A stretch of DNA of 64,000 bases from Macrostomum hystrix. Lineage: Eukaryota; Animalia; Platyhelminthes. This document shows positions 1-11,280 of this stretch, piece after piece. The position numbers and the translations under genes are program-made. The notes under the pieces were generated by a model. The model had not been told where the DNA came from. It was given only the letters and a program-made list of their open reading frames with translations, and did not search any database. The DNA lies in contig CATNEN010000034.1 in the NCBI GenBank assembly GCA_950097015.1, positions 3,534,001 to 3,598,000 of the forward strand, read 5' to 3'. Every line of letters begins with the position of its first letter. Position 1 is the stretch's first letter.

Positions 1-7
1 CTTCTAG

Positions 8-73
8 ATGAGACCGTCCGTGAAATCTGTCGGCAGGGCCTGTTCTGCAAGATGACGTCGAGGGAGCTGATGT
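8..73 (+). CDS. Putative internal exon of an unidentified upstream gene (ETVREICRQGLFCKMTSRELM)
   Basis: ttctag acceptor at 6-7, gtaagt donor at 74; 66 nt, phase 1-1, one open frame; no family motif recognised. Confidence 0.35.
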
Positions 74-857
74 GTAAGTCTATTTATTCAGTGTAGGCAA
101 TGAGCTGCTTTATTTGTTTTTGGTTTCGTGGATTATGCTCATTGTGCTAGCATAATTCCAAATACTAGCTAGACAAGTCCATTGTTATGCGTAGAAAAAG
201 ACTAGACTGTAGATTTATACTCGAGTGAGGATTGGTATATGTAGGCGGACAACTTTATATTATAATTATTTTCTGCTGATAAGTTTTTGAAAACAAAATA
301 ACATAGAATTAATTATGCTGAAGTCTATAAAGGATTAACCCATCTTGGAGATGTCGCAGCGGATTAACCCTGAGCTCCATTCTAGAGCCTTAAGTTAACA
401 TCCCCTTTCTACCCCAGCTATAGTATTGGCCCCCAGTTCTGGAGTATAGGAGCAAGCGATTGCAACCATATGCAACATTTTGCAGGACAATTGCTTAATC
501 TTGGCGACTAATTGGCTGTATATGAATTTCTTTGCAGGCAATATAGTCTCGCTGATAAATTTTCGTCGACGAGGAATTTAGCTCGCTACTCTACGCTTAG
601 AGACTAAATAGAAACAGACTAGCTGACGCCATTTTGTGCGCCATAAAATTTCTGCGTCCCTGACTGTCTAATCTAAGGGATTAGACTCATTCGCACAAAT
701 TTTTATTGCCGATGCGCATGTAGGTTTAGCTAATCGACAGGGGACAGATGCGTGGGGTCAGTGGAATGGACAGAATCGGCCCTCGCTGGCTATGAGTCTG
801 TTGTCACCAAATGATGTTCCAGTGCCCACAGCGAACTGTTAATACATTTTGTATTTA

Positions 858-1672
858 CCAAGGACCACTAGGAGTAGAAAGACGGAAAACTACGTTTCTT
901 AGAAAAATATTGTAGGCTGGTTTTCGCAAAAAATACACTACAGAGATAGGAACTTTTTTTATATAACTTGCCCAACATGTTGCTCTACCGAATGTTATAA
1001 AGTTATGTACGTCACAATTTGATCCTCATATGGCTTTCTTTACTAAATAACCGATCATAAGCCTGAATTTAATACACTACAGACTAGTAAAATTAACCTG
1101 ACCTTATTCTTGTTTTCCTCTTGCAATACACTATTAATTAATTAATATATTAATTAGTATTACGTATCTGCTCCAAGCTTTAATAGAATTCCTCTTTTTT
1201 TTAATTTTATCTATTTATTTGTTGTTTACTTATTACAAATTTTTATTAAAAAATATTTTTTTCTCTCGAGACCTTAATTAAAAAAGCTTCATTTAGCTAA
1301 GCAATTAAAATGTAACTATGCTAGTAAAAAACGACAGCTGAAAAGTCAAAAGTTTGGCTCCTAAAGAATTAATGGCTAAAATCAATAACTACAAAAAAAT
1401 TATCAGATAATTGGATTTTTACAAGTAAAGAAAATCATATGAAGATCATATTGTAATGTACAAAACTTTATAAAATTCGGTAGAGGAAAAAGTTAGACTA
1501 GTTATATCATAAGAGCAGCTTTGTATCTGCTTCCTATCAAAAGCTGTCACCATTCAAATCCGAAAAATGTGAAAAATTTCCGATCTCCGTAGCGGATTTT
1601 TTTCGCGAAAACTAGCCTTCAATTTTTTAAAGAAACGTAGTTTCCCGTCCTTCTACTCCTAGTGGTCCTTGA
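858..1672. mobile_element. Non-autonomous TIR DNA element (MITE), TA-flanked, Tc1/mariner-type
   Basis: About 70-bp imperfect inverted repeats: caaggaccactaggagtagaaagacggaaaactacgtttct at 859 versus agaaacgtagtttcccgtccttctactcctagtggtccttg ending 1671; TA at 856-857 and 1673-1674; AT-rich non-coding interior. Confidence 0.75.
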
Positions 1673-2293
1673 TATTAAATAAAAATTATAATGTTTTTAT
1701 AATAATTATAATATAATTATAACTATTATATTATTATATTATTATGCTAGTAATATATAATTATATTTTTATATAATATATAATTATAATAATCTCAAAT
1801 CCGTGACTTACAACCCTAAAGTTCCAGAAATCAAAATAATTGTCATTTAACTATCGACACTACAAAAACGAAACCTTTTCGAATAAATGTCTCTAAAGCA
1901 CTGTACATCAAAGAATTTTACGCTACTTTTAGCCTAATCCCCATTGCTATCCAAATGTGCTTCCTGATTCCCTTCTAAAGCATATTTTCCCGTCTATCCC
2001 TCCACTTACCAGTCTCCCCACCTGTCAGGTATTGGATCTAGGCAAGCAATCATGCAGCTGAATGTATCAACGGGCGTAGCATGAGACCGAGTCAGGTTGC
2101 CCTGGGGTTAGAAATGAGTCTCCTACAATGCCCTGTAATTGTGCTCATTCTGGCTACAACTCGAAGCCGAGTTAATTGATTATTCGGTTTTTTGTATCTG
2201 TACTTTAGCCTTTCAGGATAATTACTTTCCAAGACCTCGTGAGGAGATTTCTCGAATGTATTCGATAGGATTTAGATCTCTTTTAACCCGCAG

Positions 2294-2384
2294 CCATTCG
2301 AGATGAACGCAATCTGACTGCCCAGCATCCGATTGTTCTGTTGGCGCACTGCCTGTGGTGCGGCTCCTCATTGATCAACGAAGC
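2294..2384 (+). CDS. Putative exon (IRDERNLTAQHPIVLLAHCLWCGSSLINE), unidentified; could be 5' UTR of the GPCR
   Basis: ccgcag acceptor, gtaagt donor at 2385; open frame phase-compatible with exon 8-73. Confidence 0.3.
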
Positions 2385-2573
2385 GTAAGTTACTGATAAG
2401 CTGACTTGAACTAGTTTTCAATAATGTAAATATTATATTTTGTCTGTTTTATCTACGAATACAAATTATTATGATTGTACACGTCTTTTCATTTCATACG
2501 CTAAAATCAAACAGTGTATAGTCATTCATTTACTATGCCTTTTTGGTCAAATCCCTTCTTTGTGCTTTTATTT

Positions 2574-3189
2574 GGTCCAGCTCTTTCTCCGGCACTTTGA
2601 TGCGGACCAGCTCTTTCTCTGGCCCTTTGATGCGGTCCAGCTCTTTCTCTGGCACTTTGATGCGGTCCAGATCTTTCTCTGGCACTTTGATGCCGTCCAG
2701 ATCTTTCTCTTGCACTTTGATGCGGTCCAGCTCTTTCTCTGGCCCTTTGATGCGGTCCAGCTCTTTCTCTGGCACTTTGATGCGGTCCAGATCTTTCTCT
2801 TGCACTTTGATGCGGTCCAGCTCTTTCTCTGGCACTTTGATGCGGTCCAGCTCTTTCTCTGGCCCTTTGATGCGGTCCAGATCTTTCTCTTGCACTTTGA
2901 TGCGGTCCAGCTCTTTCTCTTGCACTTTGATGCGGTCCAGCTCTTTCTCTTGCACTTTGATGCGGTCCAGCTCTTTCTCTGGCACTTTGATGCGGTCCAG
3001 ATCTTTCTCTTGCACTTTGATGCGGTCCAGCTCTTTCTGTGGCACTTTGATGCGGTCCAGATCTTTCTCTTGCACTTTGATGCGGTCCAGCTCTTTCTCT
3101 GGCACTTTGATGCGGTCCAGCTCTTTCTCTTGCACTTTGATGCGGTCCAGATCTTTCTCTTGCACTTTGATGCGGTCCAGCTCTTCCAG
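2574..3189. repeat. 30-bp minisatellite (ctctttctctggcactttgatgcggtccag) x~20
   Basis: Units in perfect register from 2581 to 3180; source of the spurious HFDAVQLFL, KELDRIKV and SKCKRKSW ORFs. Confidence 0.97.
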
Positions 3190-3258
3190 CGTGGACACGA
3201 GTATACTATATATAGAATCGCCTGCAAACTGTTATTCAATATATTCAAACACAAACTA

Positions 3259-4363
3259 ATGACTCAAGAGTCTCTAACCAACTCAAATCCATCCGTCTCG
3301 CACAGATATAACTGCTTTAACCACATCTTGCTCAATCTGAACGGCTCCGGTCCGGTGCCGGCTTTGCCGCCGCTGCCACTGCCTCAGACACTGCCGACTC
3401 AGCAGGCGCAACAGCTGCATCAGCAGCAGCACCGACTGCACCAGCAATACCAGCCCGATGCAAATTCCAGCTATAATGACTATTCAAGCGAAGCCGACGC
3501 CCACGGCAGTAGGTACGTCACCGTAGCAGTAGTGGTAGCCGTGGCCTTGAACTGTCTGCTGATAGGCATCGGTCTTGTCAGCAACCTGCTTGTCTCCGGG
3601 ATACTGATTCGGCGCCGACAGTTTGCCAACGTCACGAACCTGTTCGTGCTCGGACTGTCCCTGTCGGACATTCTCATTTGCGGCCTGCTGATGCCGTCGC
3701 TGCTCTTCTATGACCTGTCCAGGCGGGGCTACATCTCGGCCAGCCCGCCCGGCCGCCTCTACTGCCAGCTGCTCCTCACCTCTCTGAACGTCCCGATCTA
3801 CGCCAGCTGCCTCATCATCCTGTGGATTGCCGTGGACCGGCATCGGCTCATCTGCCAGCCGCACAGGGTTCGAATGTCTCGCCCGGTGGCTGCGGGGCTG
3901 CTCCTGCTGACTGGCCTGGCCAGCGCGCTGGTCCACTCGCCGACTGTGGCATTCAACTCGCCACAAGATGGTGAACGCGGCCCCTACTGCGCCGAGCACT
4001 GGCCGAACAAGGGACTCCGGCTGGCCTACTCTATAGGCGCCTTCTGCCTGCAGTTCTGCACGCCCCTGTTGGTCACGGGGGTTCTGTACAGCCGCATCTA
4101 CCGCCGGCTGCAGGTCCGGGCGGCCAATCGGCAGCGCAGGGAGACCAGGAGAAAGCGGCGAACCAATCGCATCCTGGTCGCCATAGTGATCAGCTTCGCT
4201 GTGTTCTGGAGTCCCTGGTCTGTGTTTAACGTAGTGTCAGAGATTGAGCAGTTTAGGGGACGAGTCAATCCAGTTGACGTCGCGGCGTTTGTCGACTGTA
4301 TTAACATGACTCAATCGTGGGACATTGTGAACAGAAACCTACGCCTGCTGTTCGACTCGCACG
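3259..4363 (+). CDS. Class A (rhodopsin-like) GPCR, NPY/PrRP/sNPF receptor-like, exon 1 (TM1-TM6); join(3259..4363,8360..8775), 506 aa
   Basis: ATG 3259; TM1 GLVSNLLV, TM2 LSLSDIL, TM3 AVDRH, ECL2 YCAEHWP, TM5 LQFCTPLL, TM6 FAVFWSPW; donor G|gtaagc at 4364, phase 1. Confidence 0.92.
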
Positions 4364-5198
4364 GTAAGCTATGGGGCTAGCGAGTACGTTTCTTATGTAG
4401 CTGGTAATTTATCCAAGAACTTCTAAGATAGGACTTAATTAGTGCAGTACAGTTGAACGCCGATTTTAAGCGAAAATGCATTGGAGGAGATGGCTATTGT
4501 CAGCTCTTTAAAAACCTAATTCATCTTTTCGGGGCCATGTCAAACAGCTGCAGTGTTATGTATGGTTGTTTAATTGAACAGAAAACTGAACAGAATTAAA
4601 AATAAATAAATAAAAATCGGCGTTTAACTGTTTTGCATGAACCCAATAGAGTCTTGCGTCCGCACTGGCGTCTGAGGCGCCACGCACTCTTGGCCATGGA
4701 CATTTACGCACTCAAAACGAACCATATTGAGCAGCATTATAATGGTAATGGTAATTGTGTAATGTGTCTTAGCCTTGAATAGCGATCGCCGCCACGCCGC
4801 ATACAACTCTGCGATAAGTAATGAAAATATGCATGCGGTACGCAATAATCGTGACGCAATGATTATGCCATAGAATAATGAGTAAATAATCGGCGCTCGC
4901 AAAAGAATCGTTGTCACGCACTGGGGCCGCTGTTTCTTTTCATTGTATCGCTATTGGACGATCAAATCGTATGAAATGTCTGTGGCATAGAAAAGTGAGA
5001 CGCTCGTAGCAGGGGGGTGTGAAGAAAACTTTGATGTCTATGGTAGAGTGTATTCATACCCTTCTCTCTAGCCTATTTCACGATATTAGCATTGAGGATT
5101 ACCATAGACAAAACTTGCATTGCAACGCACTGTAAATTTTAAATTCTGTTTTGTACTAAGGAAGAAAGTTGATTGAGGCAAGCAGGGGAGAAGAGCAC

Positions 5199-6199
5199 AT
5201 GCTTAGACTAGAGAGAAATATTAACAAACCTGGAAGCCTAGACATGGATGCTAGAAGTGTCCATCATCTAAATTTTAATAATCTTCCTGTCGATAGCTTA
5301 AATGCTTTGTCCCAGTCCGAGTTGGATCTCGTGGCCGAACTGTCGCGCAACGACTGCCGTCGTGACGAGCTAGTGACCCAGTTCTTGTTGTTTTGTGAGA
5401 ACTCCATCGGCAACAAAGCGAACTCATCCGATCTGCCTGCTGATATTCGTGAACAACTTACCAGCATCGATGAAGCTGAGATGGAAAGTCTACCTCAAAG
5501 CAGTCGGAAACAGATGGAGGATCATGGGCGCAAGTTTGTCGAGTTTCTGGAGGGTCGCGGTCTGAACTCCGATTTGGCGAAAGTGAATGACAACACCCTG
5601 AATCAGTATCTACGATTATTCTACTTCCAGTTGAAAACAAAAAGCGGTGAGAGCTATTCACCATCGTCGTTAGTCTGCATCCGAGCCGCTATCCAACGAT
5701 ATTCGAATATCATTGTGAAGAGACAGACAAATCTGGTTGCTACTGGGACTGTGTTTGATGGCTCAAACAGGATGCTCGAATTCAAGGTCCGTGAATTTAT
5801 CAAGTCTGGCAAGACAGTTCAAAGCTACGATCCAATCGAGGAGGGAGATATGGTTAAATTGCGCGACTACTTTGATCGTAGAGGTGTCGACTCGGATGGA
5901 CGGCAGTATGCCTGTTTGCCGACGCTACCATCGAAGAATCGATTAGCAACACTGGACGCTGGTCAGGTCGCCGATTTGAAGCACGCTAGAATATATGATC
6001 TTGAGCTGCTAGAACTGTACGAGTCGGTGATTCCGGATTCCGGCGACCACTTTCTACCTCGTCCTATGAAGAGCACCATTGGGAAGAAGTTTTTCTTCTC
6101 TGATAAGGCACACCGTGGTCTGCGTTATTTACAAGAGTTCATGAAGAACCTATCCGAGAAGGCTAAGCTAAGCAAGCCTTACACCAACCACTGCATTAG
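5199..6199 (+). CDS. Crypton/DUF3504-type tyrosine recombinase, exon 1; join(5199..6199,6285..6456)
   Basis: LRLFYFQLKTKSGESYSPSSLVCIRAAIQRY core-binding segment; FMKNLSEKAKLSKPYTNHCIR matches the YTNHSxR box; donor AG|gtgagt at 6200. Confidence 0.8.
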
Positions 6200-6284
6200 G
6201 TGAGTATATATTTGTGTTACGAAGTAAAAGTAAAAGCATAATTGTTTGTTCACCTTTCTGAACAAGATACCATTGCATTTTTAG

Positions 6285-6456
6285 AGTCACGCGCATTTGC
6301 GACTTGGAAAGCGAAGGGCATGCTGTCCACGACATCATGCTTGTGACGGGTCACAAGTCGGAGGCGACCGTTAGTAGTCATGCAGAAGAAACATATCTTC
6401 AAAGATCAAAGATCAAAGATCAAAGTGTTAAGAAAATAAGATTTTTGTTTCATTAG
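6285..6456 (+). CDS. Crypton-type tyrosine recombinase, exon 2 (R-VTRICDLESEGHAVHDIMLVTGHKSEATVSSH...)
   Basis: 85-nt intron 6200-6284 (ttttag acceptor) restores HCIR-VT; IMLVTGHKS box; His at the expected catalytic Tyr position. Confidence 0.75.
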
Positions 6457-8049
6457 CCCCTCTGTCAGGCTTTGCCAGGGGTGGCATTTTCGTTGGCTTC
6501 TTAATTTCCGACTGTGTCACACGTACGCCCTGGATCTGTATATTCCGAGAATATATTTGCCTCAAAGATTTATAGGTACTCCTTTACCCCAAAGCATGCG
6601 AAAGGGACACAGAAAATTACTACCCGACCAGCCATGTTTTGCCACTGAATCCCACTTTTAAAAAATAGATTAATCTCTAGCAAAGGGTACACTTCTGGCA
6701 CCTCTGTCGTAAATGATTTAACGATTCTCTGAGATTTGGCAGTCTAGAAATATCCCATTTATCCAATTTCTTGCTCGATCATCGACTAAGCCGTTTTTTT
6801 CTCGATTTGTAGGCAGGAACTCTCCAAATGCAGATTTATTGCGGTGCGATCTGAACTGAATGCCCCGACGGTTTGAAATAAAGTGCAGAAAAAATACTGC
6901 TGGGTTCGATTTCATGAAGTACTAGTACCTGCTATTTAGCTGCAGCATGCTAGCCGGCTTTTGGTTTCGTGAGTGTTTATTTATGGGACTGCAAGTATAA
7001 AACCTGTAGATTAAGCACATTCTTTGTCTGGTCTTTTGGTTCATATGGTAGAGAAAGGCCTACAAGCCGAGGCCAGATACACGTGGTCGAGGACTTTGGA
7101 CCATAGAACCGAAATTCGGCGGCTGTTATAATACACTGTACTCGCATCATTATACCATAGACAAAATCAATCGTGCACGATTGAGCATTTTAAAAGTTTT
7201 TGATTTCACTTTGATTTTTCAGATCATAATGAAATCGTCTAGCTTTAGCTACAAAATAACAGTGAAATATCATGTGGCCGGAATGTGGTTTAAGCCCGAG
7301 ACAAAAAATGCGGTGGGAAAATTACTCGAGAAAATGCTTTTGCAATACATCTGAAAAGAAGTTTCCTAAATAATAATATTTCACATTGGTGAAACGCCAT
7401 CTGCCACCCCCTCGAGGCCCAGCTATCGGCAATGCTCATTTCCATTCGCTGGCGATTTAGCACAGCATCTCAATCGCAGCCTTCTTGTCCGAGATGGCAG
7501 AAAACAACATTTTCCCAGCACGCCAAGGCGGTGGCGAAGCGACACGTCAATTGGGAGAATTCGGGAGGGAACTGGGGATATGAAACCAGATTCCAAAGGC
7601 GGCCTCTGCAGCCTCCACTCTGTCTCCTCTCCCTTGTCCTTGTCTGTTATCGGTTGTGTTAAAAGCAAATTTCTCAGAGCAGAGAGCAGGCGGTATACGG
7701 CTGACACCATGGGGAATCGGCCAGTTGTTTCCTCACAACACGATTCCCACGTTCCACAACCTTTTATATACATTGCGGGAGAAATCCTATTTTCTTCTTA
7801 TAAATATTTGCAATAGATGAACTCGGCTTAGTCCTGGCTTGGACTGGATTAGTTTTCGTCCGAGCGCTTGTGTCTCTCTCTGCCTCTGTCTCGCTCTCGC
7901 TTTCTTGCTGAGGAGTCTCAGCAATGTGAGCTGTTCGGGTTGTAATATTTCAATGCGTACATCTATCATGGCCATTATTCCGGTGTGTCTGCGTCTTTGC
8001 ACTTAATTCCACCTTTGCTTTCGCTTATACAACTGAGAAATCAGCATTG

Positions 8050-8135
8050 GCCATGTCCATGGACTGAATGGCTGTACACACAGCTTTTAGAAGCGCGGAG
8101 CAATATAGCTGCTGCTGTAGCACCGGCTGTACATC
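8050..8135 (+). mobile_element. 3' fragment of SINE family 2
   Basis: gtccatggactgaatggctgtac...gctgtacatct matches the 3' part of the copy at 22942-23247. Confidence 0.55.
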
Positions 8136-8359
8136 TAGCCTAATTAGGATCGGTATAATTTGTGTCGATCTAGGTCTCAAGTCATTAAATCAATATTTAA
8201 TTACTTTTTTTACTTCTTGCATGATTTAATTCCTTACATTTTATCCATCCGATTACGCAAAGATTTTAACCCTTAAAAACTGAAACTTATCACCCCACAT
8301 CTCATTTGTACCACGTACTCATTCTCACCTCCGATTTGTCCAACGGCTCACTATTGCAG

Positions 8360-8775
8360 CCGATACATTCGTGCAGGGCTCCTGGAACCTGTTCGAACTA
8401 TACATTCGCCTGTTTGCCTTGGGCTCCGCCTGTATAAATCCCTACCTGTACGGCTGGCTCAACGAGCAGGTGCGCACCGGCCTAAACGCCTGCCTGCCGT
8501 GCGCCTGCGGCTGTCGCGGCGTTGACGAAAGCGACGGCCTGGGCACCGGCGACGGCAGCGAACGGCGCAGACTCGGCGGCAGCGAGTTTCGCAGCACTCG
8601 ACGCGGCTTTCTGAGCAGCAGCTGCCGCAGCAGCCGCCAGATGTCGCTGCAGATGATGCGGTCGGCCAGTCCGAACCGGCGAGTGGCTAGTGGAGCCGCC
8701 ACCGAGTCCATGGCGGCCACGTCTGGAAGAAGGCCGCCTACGGGTGCGTCCGTTGTTCTGGAAACGGCAACATAA
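8360..8775 (+). CDS. GPCR exon 2 (TM7, helix 8, C-tail)
   Basis: ttgcag acceptor at 8358-8359; G|CC=Ala keeps frame; TM7 LFALGSACINPYLYGWLN (NPxxY); CACGC palmitoylation-like Cys; TAA 8773-8775. Confidence 0.92.
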
Positions 8776-8826
8776 AACTTTCAAACGAAACGCCGAGATT
8801 TTTCGACTGAACTCCTTTTTTTTTCA

Positions 8827-8988
8827 GACTGGACACAATGATGCGGTCCAGTTTTTGAGAGTGAACACAATGATGCGGTCCAGTTGTAAGACTGAACACA
8901 ATGATGCGGTCCAGTTTTTGAGAGTGAACACAATGATGCGGTCCAGTTTTTTAGACTGAACACAATGATGCGGTCCAGTTGTAAGAGT
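8827..8988. repeat. 31-32-bp tandem repeat x5 (gactgaacacaatgatgcggtccagtt...) just downstream of the GPCR stop
   Basis: Five visible units. Confidence 0.93.
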
Positions 8989-10372
8989 GTAAAAGCTGTC
9001 ATTTTCGTTGCCCGCAGCCCTCCTGCAATTGTTATTTATTATTATTTGTCATTTTCGTTGATAAAACACTAAAACGTTAAGTAGCAGGATGCAACCAAAT
9101 TTCTAGTCTTCAATCACATTTTGCTGATTATATTTCAGAGTGCACCTTTATTGCAGGCAAGCAAACCCTTAAAACTTTTTTCTCATTTCACCGTGTGTAT
9201 TTTATCCATTCGTGAGTTTGGCCATCTTTATTGTCTGGAATAAAATGTAGAACGTGTAGCACCCCGTACGCTCTACACGGTCCAGAAATTTTTTCCTGTT
9301 TTGTGTCTCATAGATTTTCTTTAGGACCTTGACCTCCATTTTCGTCGTGTTTTTATTTATTTATGTAAACTCGCGTGATAATATCTTTGTTTCTGTTAGC
9401 ACTGCCTGCATAAATCCCAAAATTCCCCGACTGTACAGATAACATTGTAAATTTGCACAATCATTATCTCGATTTGAAACTGATATTCAAAATTTGTAAT
9501 TGGACAAGGAACAATTTTTACTAAGAAATAAACCCGTCTTTACCTATCAGTGTATGATAAACTTATGTCTATGCTTCTCTTCTTCGACCTACGAGTATTT
9601 GGTGAATTAAATTTCAGTTACCATTGAAAGAAAGAATTAAGTAATGCAAAAGTGTTTTGTTTCGTAAATTCTAAAATGGCCTTTTTAAAACATTTTTTCA
9701 ACAACAATAGGAATTACAAGAGATTGGAAATAAGAATTTTACTTTTTAAAAGATTAGATGTACGAATTTCGGCAAACTTTTCTTACGATATAATATGCTA
9801 TGTAAGTTGAATTAATTTAATTTGATAACAGTCCTAATTATTAACGACAATTAGCACACATTCAAATTCTTTATTTGGTCCGAAAAGGCATTAGGAACGA
9901 TTGACTTAAAATATACCAATCTTAGTTCTAATATAAGTATTACAATGGACGAAGAAAGGTTGTTACTTGTTACTAGCAGAGCCATCTCGGCTAGATCTTT
10001 GAGCTAATTAGTTGAAGGGATTCTTTCCTGTCATAACTGAATGAAGACACCTGCACTGAAGACCCTCGCGATTATTTTGGGAGTGTGTGCCCCACATACA
10101 TGTTGGAAATTTTTATTTCTCTTTATCCTATCATGAGCATCAGTAAAACTACGCCTGATGTACGCTCGTAAATATACAAAAATTGATCATTTCTTTAATG
10201 CAGGCTCGAAACTGAGCTCAGCTACAACTGAACCGGTGATCAATAGAGAATAGATAGAATAGAAATGATAGCCTAACACAGCTGGACCACATGTACAGCC
10301 AGTGTCACAGCCGCAGCTATTGCGCGGAGCTTCCAAAGGCTGTGTAACTAACAACTAAGCTCAAAGCTCAAA

Positions 10373-10522
10373 GTGCTCAAAGACACAACTAAGCCTGTGC
10401 TCAAAGACACAACTAACCTGTGCTCAAAGACACAACTAAGCCTGTGCTCAAAGACACAACTAAGCCTGTGCTCAAAGACACAACTAAACCTGTGCTCAAA
10501 GACACAACTAAACCTGTGCTCA
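10373..10522. repeat. 24-bp minisatellite (gtgctcaaagacacaactaagcct) x~6
   Basis: Visible tandem units. Confidence 0.93.
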
Positions 10523-10973
10523 GAGTCCATGCTATTTGTAAAAATAGTTTTGAAAGCACTTTTTTTGACGGGCCATTGAGTAGACACAATTTGCTTTGTA
10601 TATTTGCTTCCTTGCGTGTCTGGGGTTGTGGATAATTAAGTTAGTTTTTAACGCCTGTCCTATGTACTTTTTTAGCAAAATGGCACACGCTGTAGGTAAG
10701 AATATTAATTAAAGTAATGGCAGGGCCCAACATCGATAAGTCAGATCCCATTGGTCTGAAGTCTGACTTCTCCCCTAGCTGAGAGTAAGTGAGACACCTT
10801 CTTGCTTGACTTATTAGTTAATGTAAAATAACGATACTTTCTAGGATTTCCCGTCACAGCACTCTTTACCCTTTTCTCATCTCAGTCTTGCGGTTGCGAA
10901 ACTGTCTTCTGAAAATTATTTTTACTGCTGCAACTGACATATTAACCTCATCTCAAACACTTACCCGATCACC

Positions 10974-11280
10974 TGCTCAAAGACAAACTCGACGCAGTGC
11001 TCAAAGACAGACTTGACCCAGTGCTCAAAGACAGACTTGACCCAGTGCTCAAAGACAGACTTGACCCAGTGCTCAAAGACAAACTTGACCCAGTGCTCAA
11101 AGACAGACTTGACCCAGTGCTCAAAGACAGACTTGACCCAGTGCTCAAAGACAGACTTGACCCAGTGCTCAAAGACAAACTCGACGCAGTGCTCAAAGAC
11201 AGACTTGATCCAGTGCTCAAAGACAGACTTGACCCAGTGCTCAAAGGCAGACTTGACCCTGTGCTCAAAGGCAGACCTGC
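10974..11280. repeat. 24-bp minisatellite (gtgctcaaagacagacttgaccca) x~12
   Basis: Visible tandem units. Confidence 0.95.

Larger units (their letters stand above)
5039..7166 (+). mobile_element. Crypton-like tyrosine-recombinase element nested in the GPCR intron (boundaries approximate)
   Basis: Contains a YR gene; flanked by direct repeats tatggtagag (5039, 7044) and taccatagacaaaa (5100, 7153). Confidence 0.6.

Noticed and set aside
2440-3258. N-terminal 273 aa of the 646-aa ORF (HFDAVQLFL repeats) as part of the GPCR
   Set aside because: Starts at a non-ATG codon and is a 30-bp minisatellite read-through; ATG 3259 gives a normal receptor N-terminus
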